Origin: Octopus vulgaris
Taxonomy: Eukaryota
NCBI GenBank assembly: GCA_951406725.2
Contig: OX597832.1
Coordinates: 40,238,001-40,302,000 of the forward strand
Length of the DNA stretch: 64,000 nucleotides
Direction: 5' to 3'
A program made the position numbers and the translations under genes. Within the stretch, counting starts at the first letter, position 1; every line of letters starts with the position of its first letter. Of the stretch, positions 37,674 through 50,975 are shown one piece after another. The notes beneath the pieces are model-generated. The model made no database searches, was not told the origin of the DNA, and was given only the letters and a program-made list of their open reading frames with translations.

Positions 37674-38850
37674 TTGGGTTGGCAACTAAGTTTCCGCTGT
37701 TTTTTCTTAATTTTAGAATTTATTGCGTTTTTAAATTTTGGAATCTATTTTTTTTCGAGAATTCTATTTTGGAATCATTTTGGAATCATTTTTGAATTAT
37801 TTTTGAATCTATTATGTTCTTTTTTCTAGTTAATTTTAGCAAATTTTTGTTTATTTTCAAATCATTAAAATGGAATGTCAAGTTAAGAAAAATGAACATT
37901 TTCGACACCTCCTTCTTTTAGCTTTTAATCAAGGTTCTAAGACTGCAAAAGCTGCTCGCGACATTTGTGCTGAGTATGGAGAGGGTGCCATAGCTGAAGG
38001 AACCACTTGTGATTGGTATGCCAAGTTCAAAAATGGAAATTTTGACCTCAAAGATGCACCTCGTTCTGGCTGTCCAGTTGAGTTAGATGTAGAGCGATTA
38101 AACCAACTTTTGCACAAAAATTCTCGTCAAACGACAAGGGAACTGACAGAGAAAATGGAAAGCTCCCACACTGCTATAGAGAAGCATCTTCACTCGATGG
38201 GAAAGGTTCAGAAGTATGGAGCATGGGTTCCGCATACTTTAAGTGACAACAAAAATCAATGAGCCACAATCTCAACTGGTTTGTTTGCTCATCACCATTC
38301 AACTCATGGACACAAGCAATGATTTCTTTACCGAATCGTTACTGGTGATGAAAAATGGTACCTGTACATCAATATGAAGCAGCGTAAGGAATGGGTTAGC
38401 CCTGGTAAACAAGCGACACCGTGCATGAAACAAGGTCTTCATCCGTGTAAAACAATGTTGTGCGTATGGTGGGACTGGGAAGGGATTAATCCTTACAAAT
38501 TGCTTGAACGGAACCAAACAGTCAACATGGAACCTATGATTAACAGATGGAACGACTCAACATGGCTATTCAAGAGAAAATACCTAATCAGCAGCATAGA
38601 GTTCTGCTGCACGACAACGCTCACCCTCATATTGTCAATATGCATGGAGTTTCATTGAATACTGATGCAGAATTGAGAGCTTGGTTGGATCAATTTTTCA
38701 AGTCGAAATCGAGTGATTTCTACCAACGAGGTACTGAAAATCTAGTTGAAGGTTGGGAAGAAGTTGTAAATTATTGATTAATTAGTTATTTTTTATTAAA
38801 CCTTTAAAAAAATTCAAATTAAAAAAAATGACACAAACTTAGTTGCCAAC

Positions 38851-38854
<4 letters not shown>
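37674..38854 (+). mobile_element. mariner transposon (mellifera-subfamily-like), inactive
   Basis: TIRs TTGGGTTGGCAACTAAGTTT / AAACTTAGTTGCCAACCCAA with TA TSD; ORF from 37870 with WVPH and IVTGDEKW motifs; stops and an internal deletion (no YSPDL). Confidence 0.93.
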
Positions 38855-38880
<26 letters not shown>

Positions 38881-38881
<1 letters not shown>

Positions 38882-40436
38882 CTTATTATAAAAGGCAGAT
38901 TTTATCTGCCTCCCTTTGGGAGTTATACAAATCTACAATATAGGATTTCTTCAATTACAATTTACCTAGCAGTTTTAAGAGTACAATGCATCGCGTCATG
39001 CCAGGTCCAGTTTTTAAAATTTAAACTCCAATTAAGCAAAATTTACAGAAAACTCACATTCTGGTGTGTGTGTCAAATGCTTTTCTTAGTCTGGTTTACA
39101 CCACACGCAAACGCACACACACAGTGGGCAACGAATAAAATGAAAGTAAATAGCGACAGAGTGATTGATTTGAGGAAGACTAAACTGAAAGTGTTTAAAC
39201 CACTACTCAAAAAATAAAAAAACACAGCAAACAGAAACAAATAAATACATAACCATTTAATCCTCACACAACTTCTTCAATTAGAATTTACCTAAGATTT
39301 TTCAAAGTACTCCATTCGCTCATGCCATAATATATTTCTTTCAATTTCACCCCCAATTAAGACAAAATTCGAGAAAACTCAATATTTTAACATATCACTC
39401 CGAAAGCATTGATGTACATGTGTGCCTGCGTGAGTGTGTGTGTGTCATTCCTCACACACACGCATACACATACATATACAACTACATACAACTACATACA
39501 CATACAACTACATACAAACACGTGTGTGTTTGTTATTAGTAAAAAAGGCGCAAAAACACAACTCACTTATCATTCCAACACATTTGCAAAGACACACGGA
39601 GGACAGAAAAGGTAAATTGGTTTTTATTTTACTCTGTATATATTTTATTAGATAATATTATATATAGATATATGTATATATAATTGCAGTATGAAACAGT
39701 GTTTATGTATAAACAGACGACACTTATATATAGTTACCAAGCCGCCCGAATTTACCTATTCATATTTAAATGAGAATATCAGAGCAAATCTCTTTAGTAC
39801 ATTCGTGAAAACACATATTATACTTCGTAAACACTTCAACTACAGTTTTGTACAAAAATCGAAGTGTAATTTTAATTCCGTGAATTATGGGAGATTTTTT
39901 TCCGAAATTTGTTCCTATTGTGTTTTCAAAATTTTTAATTCTGACAAAAAATGGATACGAATTTCATTATATCAAGCAGCGAGTCAGAATTCGAAGGATT
40001 TTCTACTGAAGACCTTCATAAATCTAACTCTATGACTGAAAAAAAAAAAGCATCTTTATATAAGAGTGAAGTTGTGTGTCTGTCTCCTACGATTTAGATT
40101 CCTAACTACTCCCACATTTTGCGGTGCAGTTTAACCAAAAGCGGGTATCTTATAGTCGTGATTCATATCGAGCCCTTCTGGGTATTAGCGTGCGTCTACG
40201 ATGAGTCTACGATTTAAAAAAAATTTACCATCATATTTTTCCATTTTAATGCATTTTCTTCGCTTTTATATAAGGGAAGTAACTCTCTAAAAATATCTAC
40301 GATGTGTCAACGATTTAAAAAATATTTACCTTAATTTTTTTTCAATTTTTAATGCATTTTTTGGCTATAACTCTCTAAAAATGCTTATATAGTTATTTCC
40401 CTTACAAACCCGAGCAACGCCGGGCGATACTGCTAG
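38881..40436 (+). mobile_element. Non-autonomous Helitron, copy 1
   Basis: A|TC 5' end; 3' hairpin CCCGAGCAACGCCGGG then CTAG|T; no TSD. Confidence 0.85.
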
Positions 40437-40800
40437 TATATATATAAATGGCAAACCAATAAATGAAGGTGAGGGTAGGAACAGAAGATGGATACTCAGA
40501 TTTTGAGGGAAATAAAGATGGTAGTAATGAAAACCAAGGATTCCAATGTGCCAACAATGAGGTCACCACATGCTTACTGACCCACGAGAAATAATATTCA
40601 AATATCTTTCAAATTACACCCTATTGTTTCAGAAAAAAAAAGACATTGAATGAAATAGTTGTAGACACAGTATGTCTGAAAAGTAAATAGGTTGACTATG
40701 GTTGTAGCATTTAATTGATCAGGCTGAGCAGGAGCTCAACAACAACAGATCAAAGCAATATGAGATGAAAGAAGAGATGTCACATTGTAACTACTCTGTA

Positions 40801-42352
40801 TCTCTTATTATAAAAGGCAGATTTTATCTGCCTCCCTTTGGGAGTTATAGAAATCTACAATATAGGATTTCTTCAATTACAATTTACCTAGCATTTTTAA
40901 GAGTAGAATGCATCGCGTCATGCCAGGTCCAGTTTTTAAAATTTAAACTCCAATTAAGCAAAATTTACAGAAAACTCACATTCTGGTGTGTGTGTCAAAT
41001 GCTTTTCTTAGTCTGGTTTACACCACACGCAAACGCACACACACAGTGTGCAACGAATAAAATGAAAGTAAATAGCGACAGAGTGATTTGAGGAAGACTA
41101 AACTGAAAGTATTTAAACCACTACTCAAAAAATAAAAAAACACAGCAAACAGAAACAAATAAATACATAACCATTTACTCCTCACACAATTTCTTCAATT
41201 AGAATTTACCTAAGATTTTTCAGAGTACTTCAGTGGGTGATGCCATAAAAAATTTCTTTCAATTTTACCACCAATTAAGACAAAATTCGAGAAAACTCAA
41301 TATTTTAACATATCACTCCGAAAGCATTGATGTACATGTGTGAGTGTGTGTGTGTCATTCCTCACACACACGCATACACATACATATACAACTACATACA
41401 CATACAACTACATACATACACGTGTGTGTTTGTTATTAGTAAAAAAGGCGCCAAAACTCAACTCACTTATCATTCCAACACATTTGCAAAGACACACGGA
41501 CGGACAGAAAAGGTAAATTGGTTTTTATTTTACTCTGTATATATTTTATTATATAATATTATATATAGATATATGTATATATAATTGCAGTATGAAACAG
41601 TGTTTATGTATAAACAGACGACACTTATATATAGTTACCAAGCCGCCCGAATTTACCTATTCATATTTAAATGAGAATATCAGAGCAAATCTCTTTAGTA
41701 CATTCGTGAAAACACGTATTATACTTTGTAAACACTTCAACTACAGTTTTGTACAAAAATCGAAGTGTAATTTTAATTCCGTGAATTATGGGAGATTTTT
41801 TTCCGAAATTTGTTGTTCCTATTGTGTTTTCAAAATTTGTAATTCTGACAAAAAATGGATACGAATTTCATTATATCAAGCAGCGAGTCAGAATTCGAAG
41901 GATTTTCTACTGAAGACCTTCATAAATCTAACTCTATGACTGAAAAAAAAAAAGCATCTTTATATAAGAGTGAAGTTGTGTGTCTGTCTCCTATGATTTA
42001 GATTCCTAACTACTCCCACATTTCGCGGTGCAGTTTAACCAAAAGCGGGTATCTTATAGTCGTGATTCATATCGAGCCCTTCTGGGTATTAGCGTGCGTC
42101 TACGATGAGTCTACGATTTAAAAAAACTTTACCATCATATTTTTCCATTTTAATGCATTTTTTTCGCTTTTATATAAGGGAAGTAACTCTCTAAAAATAT
42201 CTACGATGTGTCAACGATTTAAAAAAAAATTTACCTTCATTTTTTTTCAATTTTTAATGCATTTTTTTGCTATTTTTTGGCTATAACTCTCTAAAAATGC
42301 TTATATAGTTATTTCCCTTACAAACCCGAGCAACGCCGGGCGATACTGCTAG
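40801..42352 (+). mobile_element. Non-autonomous Helitron, copy 2
   Basis: Near-identical to 38881-40436 with the same termini and different flanks. Confidence 0.85.
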
Positions 42353-43029
42353 TAGATTATAAAATTGTTAAAATAAGGTGCAGGAGTGGTTGTATGGTAA
42401 GAAGGTTGCTTTCCAATCACATGGTTCTAGGTTCAGTCCCACTGCATGGAAGCTTGGGCAAGTGTCTTCTACAGTAGCCTCAGACTGACCAAAGCTTTGT
42501 GAGTGGATTTGGTAGACGGAAACTGAAAGAAGCCTGTCGTGTATATATATCAAATGGATGTGTTATAAAACTATTCCACACATACAATAACAGCCATACC
42601 TACAATCCAACATATCTCCATCATCAGCTGCCCCATGGGTATCACTAATTCTCTCACCACTACCAAAAAGCTGGTAATGATCAACTGGAGACAAAACAAT
42701 TTGATTGGCTAAATATTTTAAAATGGCAAGTGTTCTGCTATTATTTAATGACGTAGATCTAACAGAAAATAAAATACTTTGTTTATGAAATTGAAAAATC
42801 TCTCATGTCATTGAAAAAAATGATTTATAGGATAGTCACTTATGACATCCAAATAGTTTAAAAAGTAAAACTGAAAATATGAGGGGAGGTAAATAAAAAT
42901 TATTATTTATACACAAATACATGTACGTACACACACACACACACACACACATACATACATATATATATTAAATAAATAAGTCAACATTCTAATATTCTAA
43001 AGCTGATAAACCAACTAAATTGTTTCTCT

Positions 43030-43108
43030 CATGTTTTTATACATCATATAACTTATATCATATAAAGCTCTAATATATGATATAAGTTATATGATGTATA
43101 AAAACATG
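43030..43108. repeat. Perfect 35-bp-arm AT-rich inverted repeat with 9-nt loop
   Basis: CATGTTTTTATACATCATATAACTTATATCATATA-aagctctaa-TATATGATATAAGTTATATGATGTATAAAAACATG. Confidence 0.92.
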
Positions 43109-43860
43109 TAATATACAAATAAATATCTGTAAACATAAAACCATCCGAATGTCTGAGTACCTCATTTCTTCAAATATAAAATACCTGTACATCATCTCCA
43201 AACCTTATAAGATATATATATATATATATATGGTGTTAAACACAGGTGTTACTCAAATTCTTTTATTTCCAACACATGTTTCGAAGATATCACTGGTATT
43301 ATTCCAGAGGAATAAATGGTGTAAAACAATGTAATCTTCTCTTCAGGGAAGTGAAGAAATAAAACTCATCAATAAGACATTTTAACAGAAAATGATGGAT
43401 ATGTATAGTGATTAACTGAATGCTATTAAGATTGTTTCAAAAAAACGTTACAGGATATAACATCAAAGGTAGCCTATAGAAAGAGGAGAGATAAAGGAAA
43501 GAAAAACCAAATAAATGAGAAGTATATAACTATATGTATATTAAATAAAACCATATAGACTTGGAAAAAGATATATCTAGGGAATGTGAAATGTAAGAAG
43601 TAAATTAATGTTTAAATTATATATAATGATAGATATCATTTATATGAACTAAAGGTGTGTTTCTGCCACTGTTTACATCGGTATGCACACTCTATAACCG
43701 TGTTTACAAAGGGATTTCTAGAAAAAAGAATAAAAAATAGTTCAGAATTACAGAGAAGACTGAATTCCTTGACTTTATCATAAGGGATCGAAATTGAGAG
43801 AATCAACCAATCTAAATTAAATTGTTTTTTGTGGTCGTTTAGATCCCAAATTAATTTACT

Positions 43861-44515
43861 AACCAGCCAGGATCCCTGGCCTGGTGGTACGTAAAAAGCA
43901 CTATCCGACTCGTGGCCGTGGCACGTAAAATACTCCAATGCGACCGTACGACAGGCACCCATGCCAACCCCCTTTGCTTGTGAAGACATGTTGGGGCAAG
44001 CGAAATCGAATTGAACCAGCCAGGATCCCTGGTCTGGTGGTACGTAAAAAGCACTATCCGACTCGTGGCCGTGGCACGTAAAATACTCCAATGCGACCGT
44101 ACGACAGGCACCCTTGCCAACCCCCTTTGCTTGTGAAGACATGTTGGGGCAAGCGAAATCGAAATCGAATTGAACCAGCCAGGATCCCTGGTCTGGTGGT
44201 ACGTAAAAAGCACTATCCGACTCGTGGCCGATGCCAGCACCGCCTCGACTGGCTTCCGTGCCGGTGGCACATAAAATACACCAATCTGACCGTGGCCGTT
44301 GCCAGCCCCGCCTGGCACCTGTGCAGGTGGCACGTAAAAAGCACCCACTACACTCACGGAGTGGTTGGCGTTAGGAAGGGCATCCAGCTGTAGAAACATT
44401 GCCAGATTAGACTGGAGCCTGGTGCAGCCTTCTGGCTTCCCAGAACCCCGGTCGAACCGTCCAACCCATGCTAGCATGGAGAACGGACGTTAAACGACGA
44501 TGATGATGATGATGA
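43861..44515 (+). mobile_element. Repeat family C (GAT-tailed, RTE-type 3' end) with internal ~153-bp tandem amplification
   Basis: Tail CATGCTAGCATGGAGAACGGACGTTAAACGACGATGATGAT; unit restarts at 43861, 44014 and 44173; other copies near 20311-20620, 21395-21710, 31170-31432, 48720-49107, 50615-50875. Confidence 0.75.
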
Positions 44516-46151
44516 AGCCCTGTACTGTTACGTTTATTCCTATCCCTAAATGTAGAGTAATGATTAGAACTGTCTAATTTGTTATTTTCTTGAGAAAACC
44601 TCCATGCTGTCGTTTGCTGACCTAATAGAAATAGCAGTCAAATCTCCCTTAAAATCACACCTACTATCTCAATAAATGGAAAGAGCACATTAAATAATCT
44701 GTTTGTAGTGAATCTTGCTCAGCCTTGCAAGCTCTATTGCACACATGCACATGCATCTCTATTATGCATCTACTGCCTTGTTTTGCAATACGTCTGCGTC
44801 AGCTCAATTCTTCTCCCAACTCAAAGCACGTCGGATGTTCACATGCTCTGCGCTCATGTTTAGACATAATTCCCCCCCCCCCCGTTAGACTCTTGTTTGG
44901 CCATGTAATTAACAGAGAAAATTATCTGTCTTGCGCATCACTCCAGCATACTTACACTGTCGTCCTTGCTATCTCAGCAATTAACCATGACAACAGCACC
45001 AGACGCATTTCACTGTTGAGAAACATTCCAAGGCATTTACCATGCATTTATTTGTTTCCTTCGATCATTCATTTCCTTTCCAGGAAGCTCACTGACAAGG
45101 GGAGTGTATGTAGTGAATCTTGCATGCATGAAGTGGATTCGATCCACCATAGCCAAATTTAAATTAATGCTGCAACAGAACTGTTCCCATGGCGGAACAA
45201 TGGTTTTTCTCTGACGGCAGTTTTACATTTTCCAGATGCCTTTAGCTAGGCCGAAATAATGTTTTCACTACTTGACCCTTTCTAACCTCTTCTACTTCAC
45301 CGAAAACAAGCTAAAATAGAGATAACAAGACCACCAACTAAATCTATTGTTCTCAATGATATATCTATCCTTCTGGACCTTTATATAAGCAAGCACACCC
45401 CAAGCAAAAATCAGTTCGTCACAGTCATGACAACTCAATGGAGTTAGTCACAGTCAGTGACAAGTCAGCGAGGTCTGGCTGATCAACCTTGGTCAGAGGG
45501 AGAAAGCAACTGTGAGACAACACCCTACAGTTCTCTCTAGCTCTAATTCTGCTCTCTTAAAACATCATCCTATCTCTCTCAGCAATTACTACTACTAAAC
45601 AATGAAGAGGACACAAACACAAACTTTACTTTGTATGCTTTTGGATGCATCATTAACCTGCCCGTCGAGGCAAGGTATTGTAGCGTAACGGTAAATAAAT
45701 ACTTTCTTAAAACTTCATGCATTGTTCATCTTTCACATCCTACAGTATGCAACCATAGTAACAAATTTTTATTGTCACACCAGCTGACTTCGATATCATC
45801 ATCATAATGTTTACAAAACACTAGCCGTTACGCGTTTTTAGGCAACCTTAAAAATATAACATGGCTACATTTGGAATGTCTTTGATCAAAAGCCTTCTGG
45901 ATCAAGGTTAGCCTGAGGTTACATAACAACAAATAAGTATAAAAGTAAATAAATAAATCTTCAATAAATAAAATGAAAATGGTGAGCTTGGCAGAGATGT
46001 TAGCACGCTGGGAGAAATGCTTAGTGGAATTTTGTTTGTCATTACGTTCTGAGTTCAAATTCTGCTGAGGTTGACTTTTCCTTATAAAGAAACAAAATGA
46101 ATTATAAAGAAACAAAATCTTTAATAAAATATATAGAATCTAAGGATTTAC

Positions 46152-46339
46152 CTGAAGACAATGTTAGATGCAGCTTTAATGTTTTTACCACCATATTCTG
46201 TTATGATCCAGTTAGGTCCGGGTACAACTTTCCATTGAGCATAACAAGATTCAGAAAACTGGGTGAAATTCCACTTGGTTGGGTAAAACATATCTGCGAT
46301 GCCATCTGCGCAGCTTGGTATTACCATTTCTGTACAAGA
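46152..46339 (-). CDS. PRCP: PRCP copy A exon 8
   Basis: gtcag|SCTEMVIPSCADGIADMFYP...YGGKNIKAASNIVFS|gtaaat. Confidence 0.96.
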
Positions 46340-46904
46340 CTGACAATAATAAAACAAACAATCAAGAGTTTCTTATGTAAACACAGGGAACAATTTTTGA
46401 AAGGGACACAGTTAATCCTAGTCTATTTCTGGAGTTTTATTTACTGGCTCCTCATCCCTTCCTGCTTCCACCACCACTCAGGGAGAATCTGACCACCATT
46501 GTATGTCTTTTACTTGCTGGGTTTGAAGGAAGGGGCAGGGCTAATGAAGGTCCTCTGCAACCATTGAGCTTTGCAGGTCAACACCTGCAGGAAAGACATG
46601 AGCAGGGAGGAAATTTCAGTGGGCCAATAATTTGAGGAGGAAGGACTGGGTATAGGGGGTTAGTGTGGGGTTGGATAAGGGTGGAATTGGATGTAACAAA
46701 GGTGATGAGGAGATGGAGAGATGAGTGGGTTGGAGTGGCTAAATTGAGGAGGTGTCAGAACAGAAGCTGTTATAAGGGCAATAGAAATGACAAACAGAGA
46801 GGAGACAGCCCCCTTGCAAGCCAGAGGCTGGAGTGTGTCTGTCAGTGATATAATACCAATCGAACGTGACCCTTCTCTGAATATAACAGCCTAATCTTCA
46901 TTAA

Positions 46905-47125
46905 CCTTTTAGCATTCGGATTTCTTTGTCAAAAATATTGCATATTTATTCACATTGTTTTGAATAAATCACGCATTATTTTGTATTTTTAAAGATTTCA
47001 ATGGTGTATTTGAATATTTTTAGAATGACATTGTAGGGTAGGTGTGAGAGGTTGGATCTGGTCAGTTTTAACATAAAACAAGAACAACATTTGGGCCAGA
47101 CATGGCTGGATTAAATGCTAAAGGG
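46905..47125. mobile_element. piggyBac-like MITE, old
   Basis: TTAA|CCTTTTAGCATT ... AATGCTAAAGGG|TGAA. Confidence 0.55.
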
Positions 47126-47399
47126 TGAAGTCACACCCTGCCATCTCAAATAAGCCAAGAGCATGACCTCCACAACCAACCGATCAGACTTTCACTCTTC
47201 TGAAGAAACTTATATTAATGATTGCCCACACTGTTGACTTGTCTAAACTACTGACCACATAAGTTCAGAATTTCTAAAAAAAGATATTCCATCACTAATT
47301 GTCACAGTGATGTGTAGAAAGGTCAGGTTCAACAGGCATGTGAACAGGTGGTGTCTAGCATTAATCCTGGAACTGAAACATCAGTCTTGTGATTAATGA

Positions 47400-47740
47400 G
47401 GAAGCCATGACCCCCAATCCCATTGCCAAATGAAATTCTTTATCACTCAACAAATGTCTGAAAAATGTAGTCTTCTCTCTTGCATGTTACATTTGATTCC
47501 TCTTATGCTCAACTTTTCTCTCAATACATTTGTTGTACATGCACTGTGTTGTACATGCACACTGATGTTGCACATCCAACAGAGCATACTGCCTTCATTT
47601 CTCTCCAGTCTGTGCATTCAGGGCCCATGTCTCAGTACCATGGAGTATAGCCATTGGCACACAAGCATCATATAGTCTACCTTTCACTCTGAGAGAGAGT
47701 CCTTTTGTTGCCAATAGATGTGAAGCTCTCTGAACTTCCT
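47400..47740 (-). mobile_element. RTE-clade LINE fragment
   Basis: LLATKGLSLRVKGRLYDACV..ILHGTETWAL. Confidence 0.75.
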
Positions 47741-47917
47741 CCATCCTATACACATACATACAGATATACAAATTCATATGTACATATCAATCTTTTACTG
47801 AAATGCTAAATTACAAGGACATAAACAAACCAGCACTAGTTTTCAGATGGCAATGGCGAGGGACAAACACAAAGATGCACACACACACAAATGAGAGTGC
47901 AAGATAAAGTAACTAAC

Positions 47918-48076
47918 CTGATAGCTCCATCCTAAATCTGCCTCATTATTGATTAAGCTGAAGTTCAAGCATGGAGTGTTACCTGTTGTGTTGTAATAGA
48001 CTTGTAGAGATTTGGCTAGAGCAAAGACGAGGTGTTTACCATCCAGATTAGGGTCATTCAGTGGTGCACAGATTTT
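47918..48076 (-). CDS. PRCP: PRCP copy A exon 7
   Basis: ctcag|KICAPLND...VYYNTTGNTPCLN...LGWSYQ|gttagt. Confidence 0.95.
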
Positions 48077-48422
48077 CTGAGGAGTAAACATTGATCGAGG
48101 GTTTCATGTGGAAGAAGGAAAAATTGGGGAGAGAGAGAGACACATATACACACACAGACAATGTATTCGGTTACTAGGTTGTTGGAGCATTACTGATGTC
48201 ATAATCATTGCGAAAGAATTACAAAAGTGATAAAGCTGGGATGAAATTTCTTCATTCACATCACCTCCACCACCCACCATTCTGCATTTTCTCTAATCCA
48301 ACAGGTGGATTTGAACTCAACACTGTAAGTTAACATAAAGCAAGTTAGTTATGCATTGTTATTGATTATGTGTTTGTATGTCTATGATACAGTAAAATTG
48401 GAACCAACACCTCTTCACTTAC

Positions 48423-48592
48423 GTTCACTGGCCAGGCAGGTAGGGGTTCAACAAAATTGGCTGAGTAAGGATAATTTACAGAGGCCAAATAAGTCCAAGT
48501 TGTACTCAGCCATTTCTTGAAGTCATCAACGTTGGAGCTTTCTAGGCTTGAACACAACTTTAATTCTTCAGACAGAAACTTCAGGCCTTCAC
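48423..48592 (-). CDS. PRCP: PRCP copy A exon 6 (SKS domain)
   Basis: acag|EGLKFLSEELKLCSSL...LASVNYPYSANFVEPLPAWPVN|gtaagt. Confidence 0.95.
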
Positions 48593-49305
48593 CTGTAAAA
48601 ATAGTATTTAGTAAATATCTCATGATATTATATTTCAGATGAGTCAATGACACAAATTTATATAAAACGTATTTACAGCTGGATGTCATCGATGGCCAAT
48701 TCTACCTTCCAATGAATTGTCACTAGTGTCATCGTTACCAGCGTTGCCTTACTAGCACTTGTGCTGGTGGCATGTGAAAAAACATTCGAGTGAGGTCGTT
48801 GCCAGTGCCAACATTCGAGCAAGGTCATTGCCAGTGCCGCTGGACTGGCTCCTGTGCAGGTGGCACATAAAAAGCACCATTTGAGCATGGCCGTTGCCAG
48901 TACCGCCTGACTGGCCCACGTGCCAGTGGCACGTAAAAGCACCTACTACACTCTCAGAATGGTTGGCATTAGGAAGGGCATCCAGCTGTAGAAACTCTGC
49001 CAAATCAAGATTGGAGCCTGGTGCAGCCATCTGGTTCACCAGTCCTCAGTCAAATCATCCAGCCCATGCTAACATAGAAAGCGGATGTTAAACGATGATG
49101 ATGATGTCACACTAAATCCTTTTCTCAACAAATCAATTGGTACCTATTTTGTCAACAGTTAACTCTACCCCCACAAACCAACTACCACAGTCACATATCA
49201 ATACTTTTCTCAACTAATTGACTGATGCTTATTTCTTTAACAGAAGCAGTTTCTATAGTAAAAATCAGTAGCAGTTGCATGTCAGCAATTTCTGAACCAA
49301 TGAGC

Positions 49306-49508
49306 ATATAGCCCAAGTATTTATGTATGAATACCAAGAGTATATAGCCCAAGTATTTATGTATGAATACCAAGAGTATATAGCCCAAGTATTTATGTAT
49401 GAATACCAAGAGTATATAGCCCAAGTATTTATGTATGAATACCAAGAGTATATAGCCCAAGTATTTATGTATGAATACCAAGAGTATATAGCCCAAGTAT
49501 TTATGTAT
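49306..49508. repeat. 36-bp minisatellite, 5.6 perfect copies
   Basis: Unit ATATAGCCCAAGTATTTATGTATGAATACCAAGAGT. Confidence 0.97.
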
Positions 49509-49789
49509 ACGTGTATATTTTCTTTTATTTTAAATTTTCATTTGTTTAAGTCATTAGACTGTGGTCGTAATTGAGGACCACCGTGAAGAATTCTAGTTGT
49601 AAGAATTGACACCAGCACTTATTATCTGTTAAGCTTAGTACTTATTCTATCAGTCTCTTTTGCTGAACCACTAAGTTACAGGGAGATAAACACAACACCG
49701 GTTGTTAAGTGGTATTGGTGTACAAATACATACACGCACACATACACACACAGATATATATAATTATACTCCTGGAAATTATATTGTAT

Positions 49790-50420
49790 GGTTTCATGTA
49801 CCTTATTATGGGCCAATTAATGCTGTACTTCATATTATCCTCCTTCAGTCACCATTCAAAATCTATTAAAGATGTTGAATGTCTTATTGTTATTCTTAAA
49901 GCTGGCAACATGGTTACAATAACGATTCTTAAATGAATCAACCATCTGCCCAATGTAAACGTACATGTGTGCACGGTACATTTATATACAAGATTTGTAC
50001 TCATACAGAGATCCATCAAAGGACATTTTGATTTTTCTCTGCATGAGCATTTATATTTATTTGTATATAAGGCAGTCCTGACTCCATTTACCAGTGTTGT
50101 TACCATGCTAGCTGTATCATAAGTATTTCTACTACTACAAATTGGTTGCAGTTGGTGTTTATCAATGCGGTTTACATCTCCTTGGTTGATATTTAAATGC
50201 AACTGTTCACTAGATCCAATAGATGGGTTATTGAACCTTTGCCACATTTTGCTATTGTTTATGCAATGCATAAGCTGCTCTAAATTAGCAGAGTTGGCAT
50301 AGGATACCTTCACAGTGTGACAATTTAAAATAGCATGATACCGATTAGATTTAAGAAAACACTTGTCCAAAGCAGCAAAAAATTTTCCAATGATCTTCGT
50401 TGAAACATGCAAACCAAAAA
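49790..50420 (-). mobile_element. Penelope-like element remnant (linker Zn motif plus start of GIY-YIG)
   Basis: HAILNCHTVKVSY; CSCREKSKCPLMDLCMSTNLVYKCTV; YIG in shifted frame. Confidence 0.78.
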
Positions 50421-50975
50421 CCAGGTTGTCTAGCTTACAAAAAAAAAAGGGTTTCTAATTCCAAACAGTCTGGTCTTATATATAGTTCCAGGAATAAGAC
50501 ACCTGATGACAATCTGAGATCAAACAGACTGAAAGTTTTGTAGATACTAATATTCCTTCAAATATCCATCTCTAAGGGAGGATTTAATTAACCTAAATAA
50601 TCATAATCTCATAATTTAGCGTCTGCTTTCCATGCTAGCATGGGTTGGACGGTTCAACTGGGGTCTGTGAAGCCAGAAGGCTGCACCAGGCTCCAGTCTG
50701 ATCTGGCAGTGTTTCTACGGCTGGATGCACTTCCTAACGCCAACCACTCCGTGAGTGTAGTGGGTGCTTTTTACGTGCCACTGGCACAGGTGCCAGACGG
50801 AGCTGGCAAACGGCCACAGACAGATGGTGCTTTTTACATGCCACCAGCACAGGGGCCAGGCGAGGCTGGCAAGATCTAATTAATCATAGTGTTATTAACA
50901 ACAGCTTATCTCAGCAGACATTTTGATATTTTAAAAAATATCATTCGAAAATAAAATATAAAAATCTTCACTTAC

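Noticed and set aside
43636-44477. 168-208 aa ORFs with internal repeats
   Set aside because: Arise from tandem amplification inside repeat family C; no protein homology recognised
49306-49508. 36-bp perfect repeats of CRISPR-like length
   Set aside because: Head-to-tail with no spacers, no cas genes, located in a eukaryotic intron: a minisatellite
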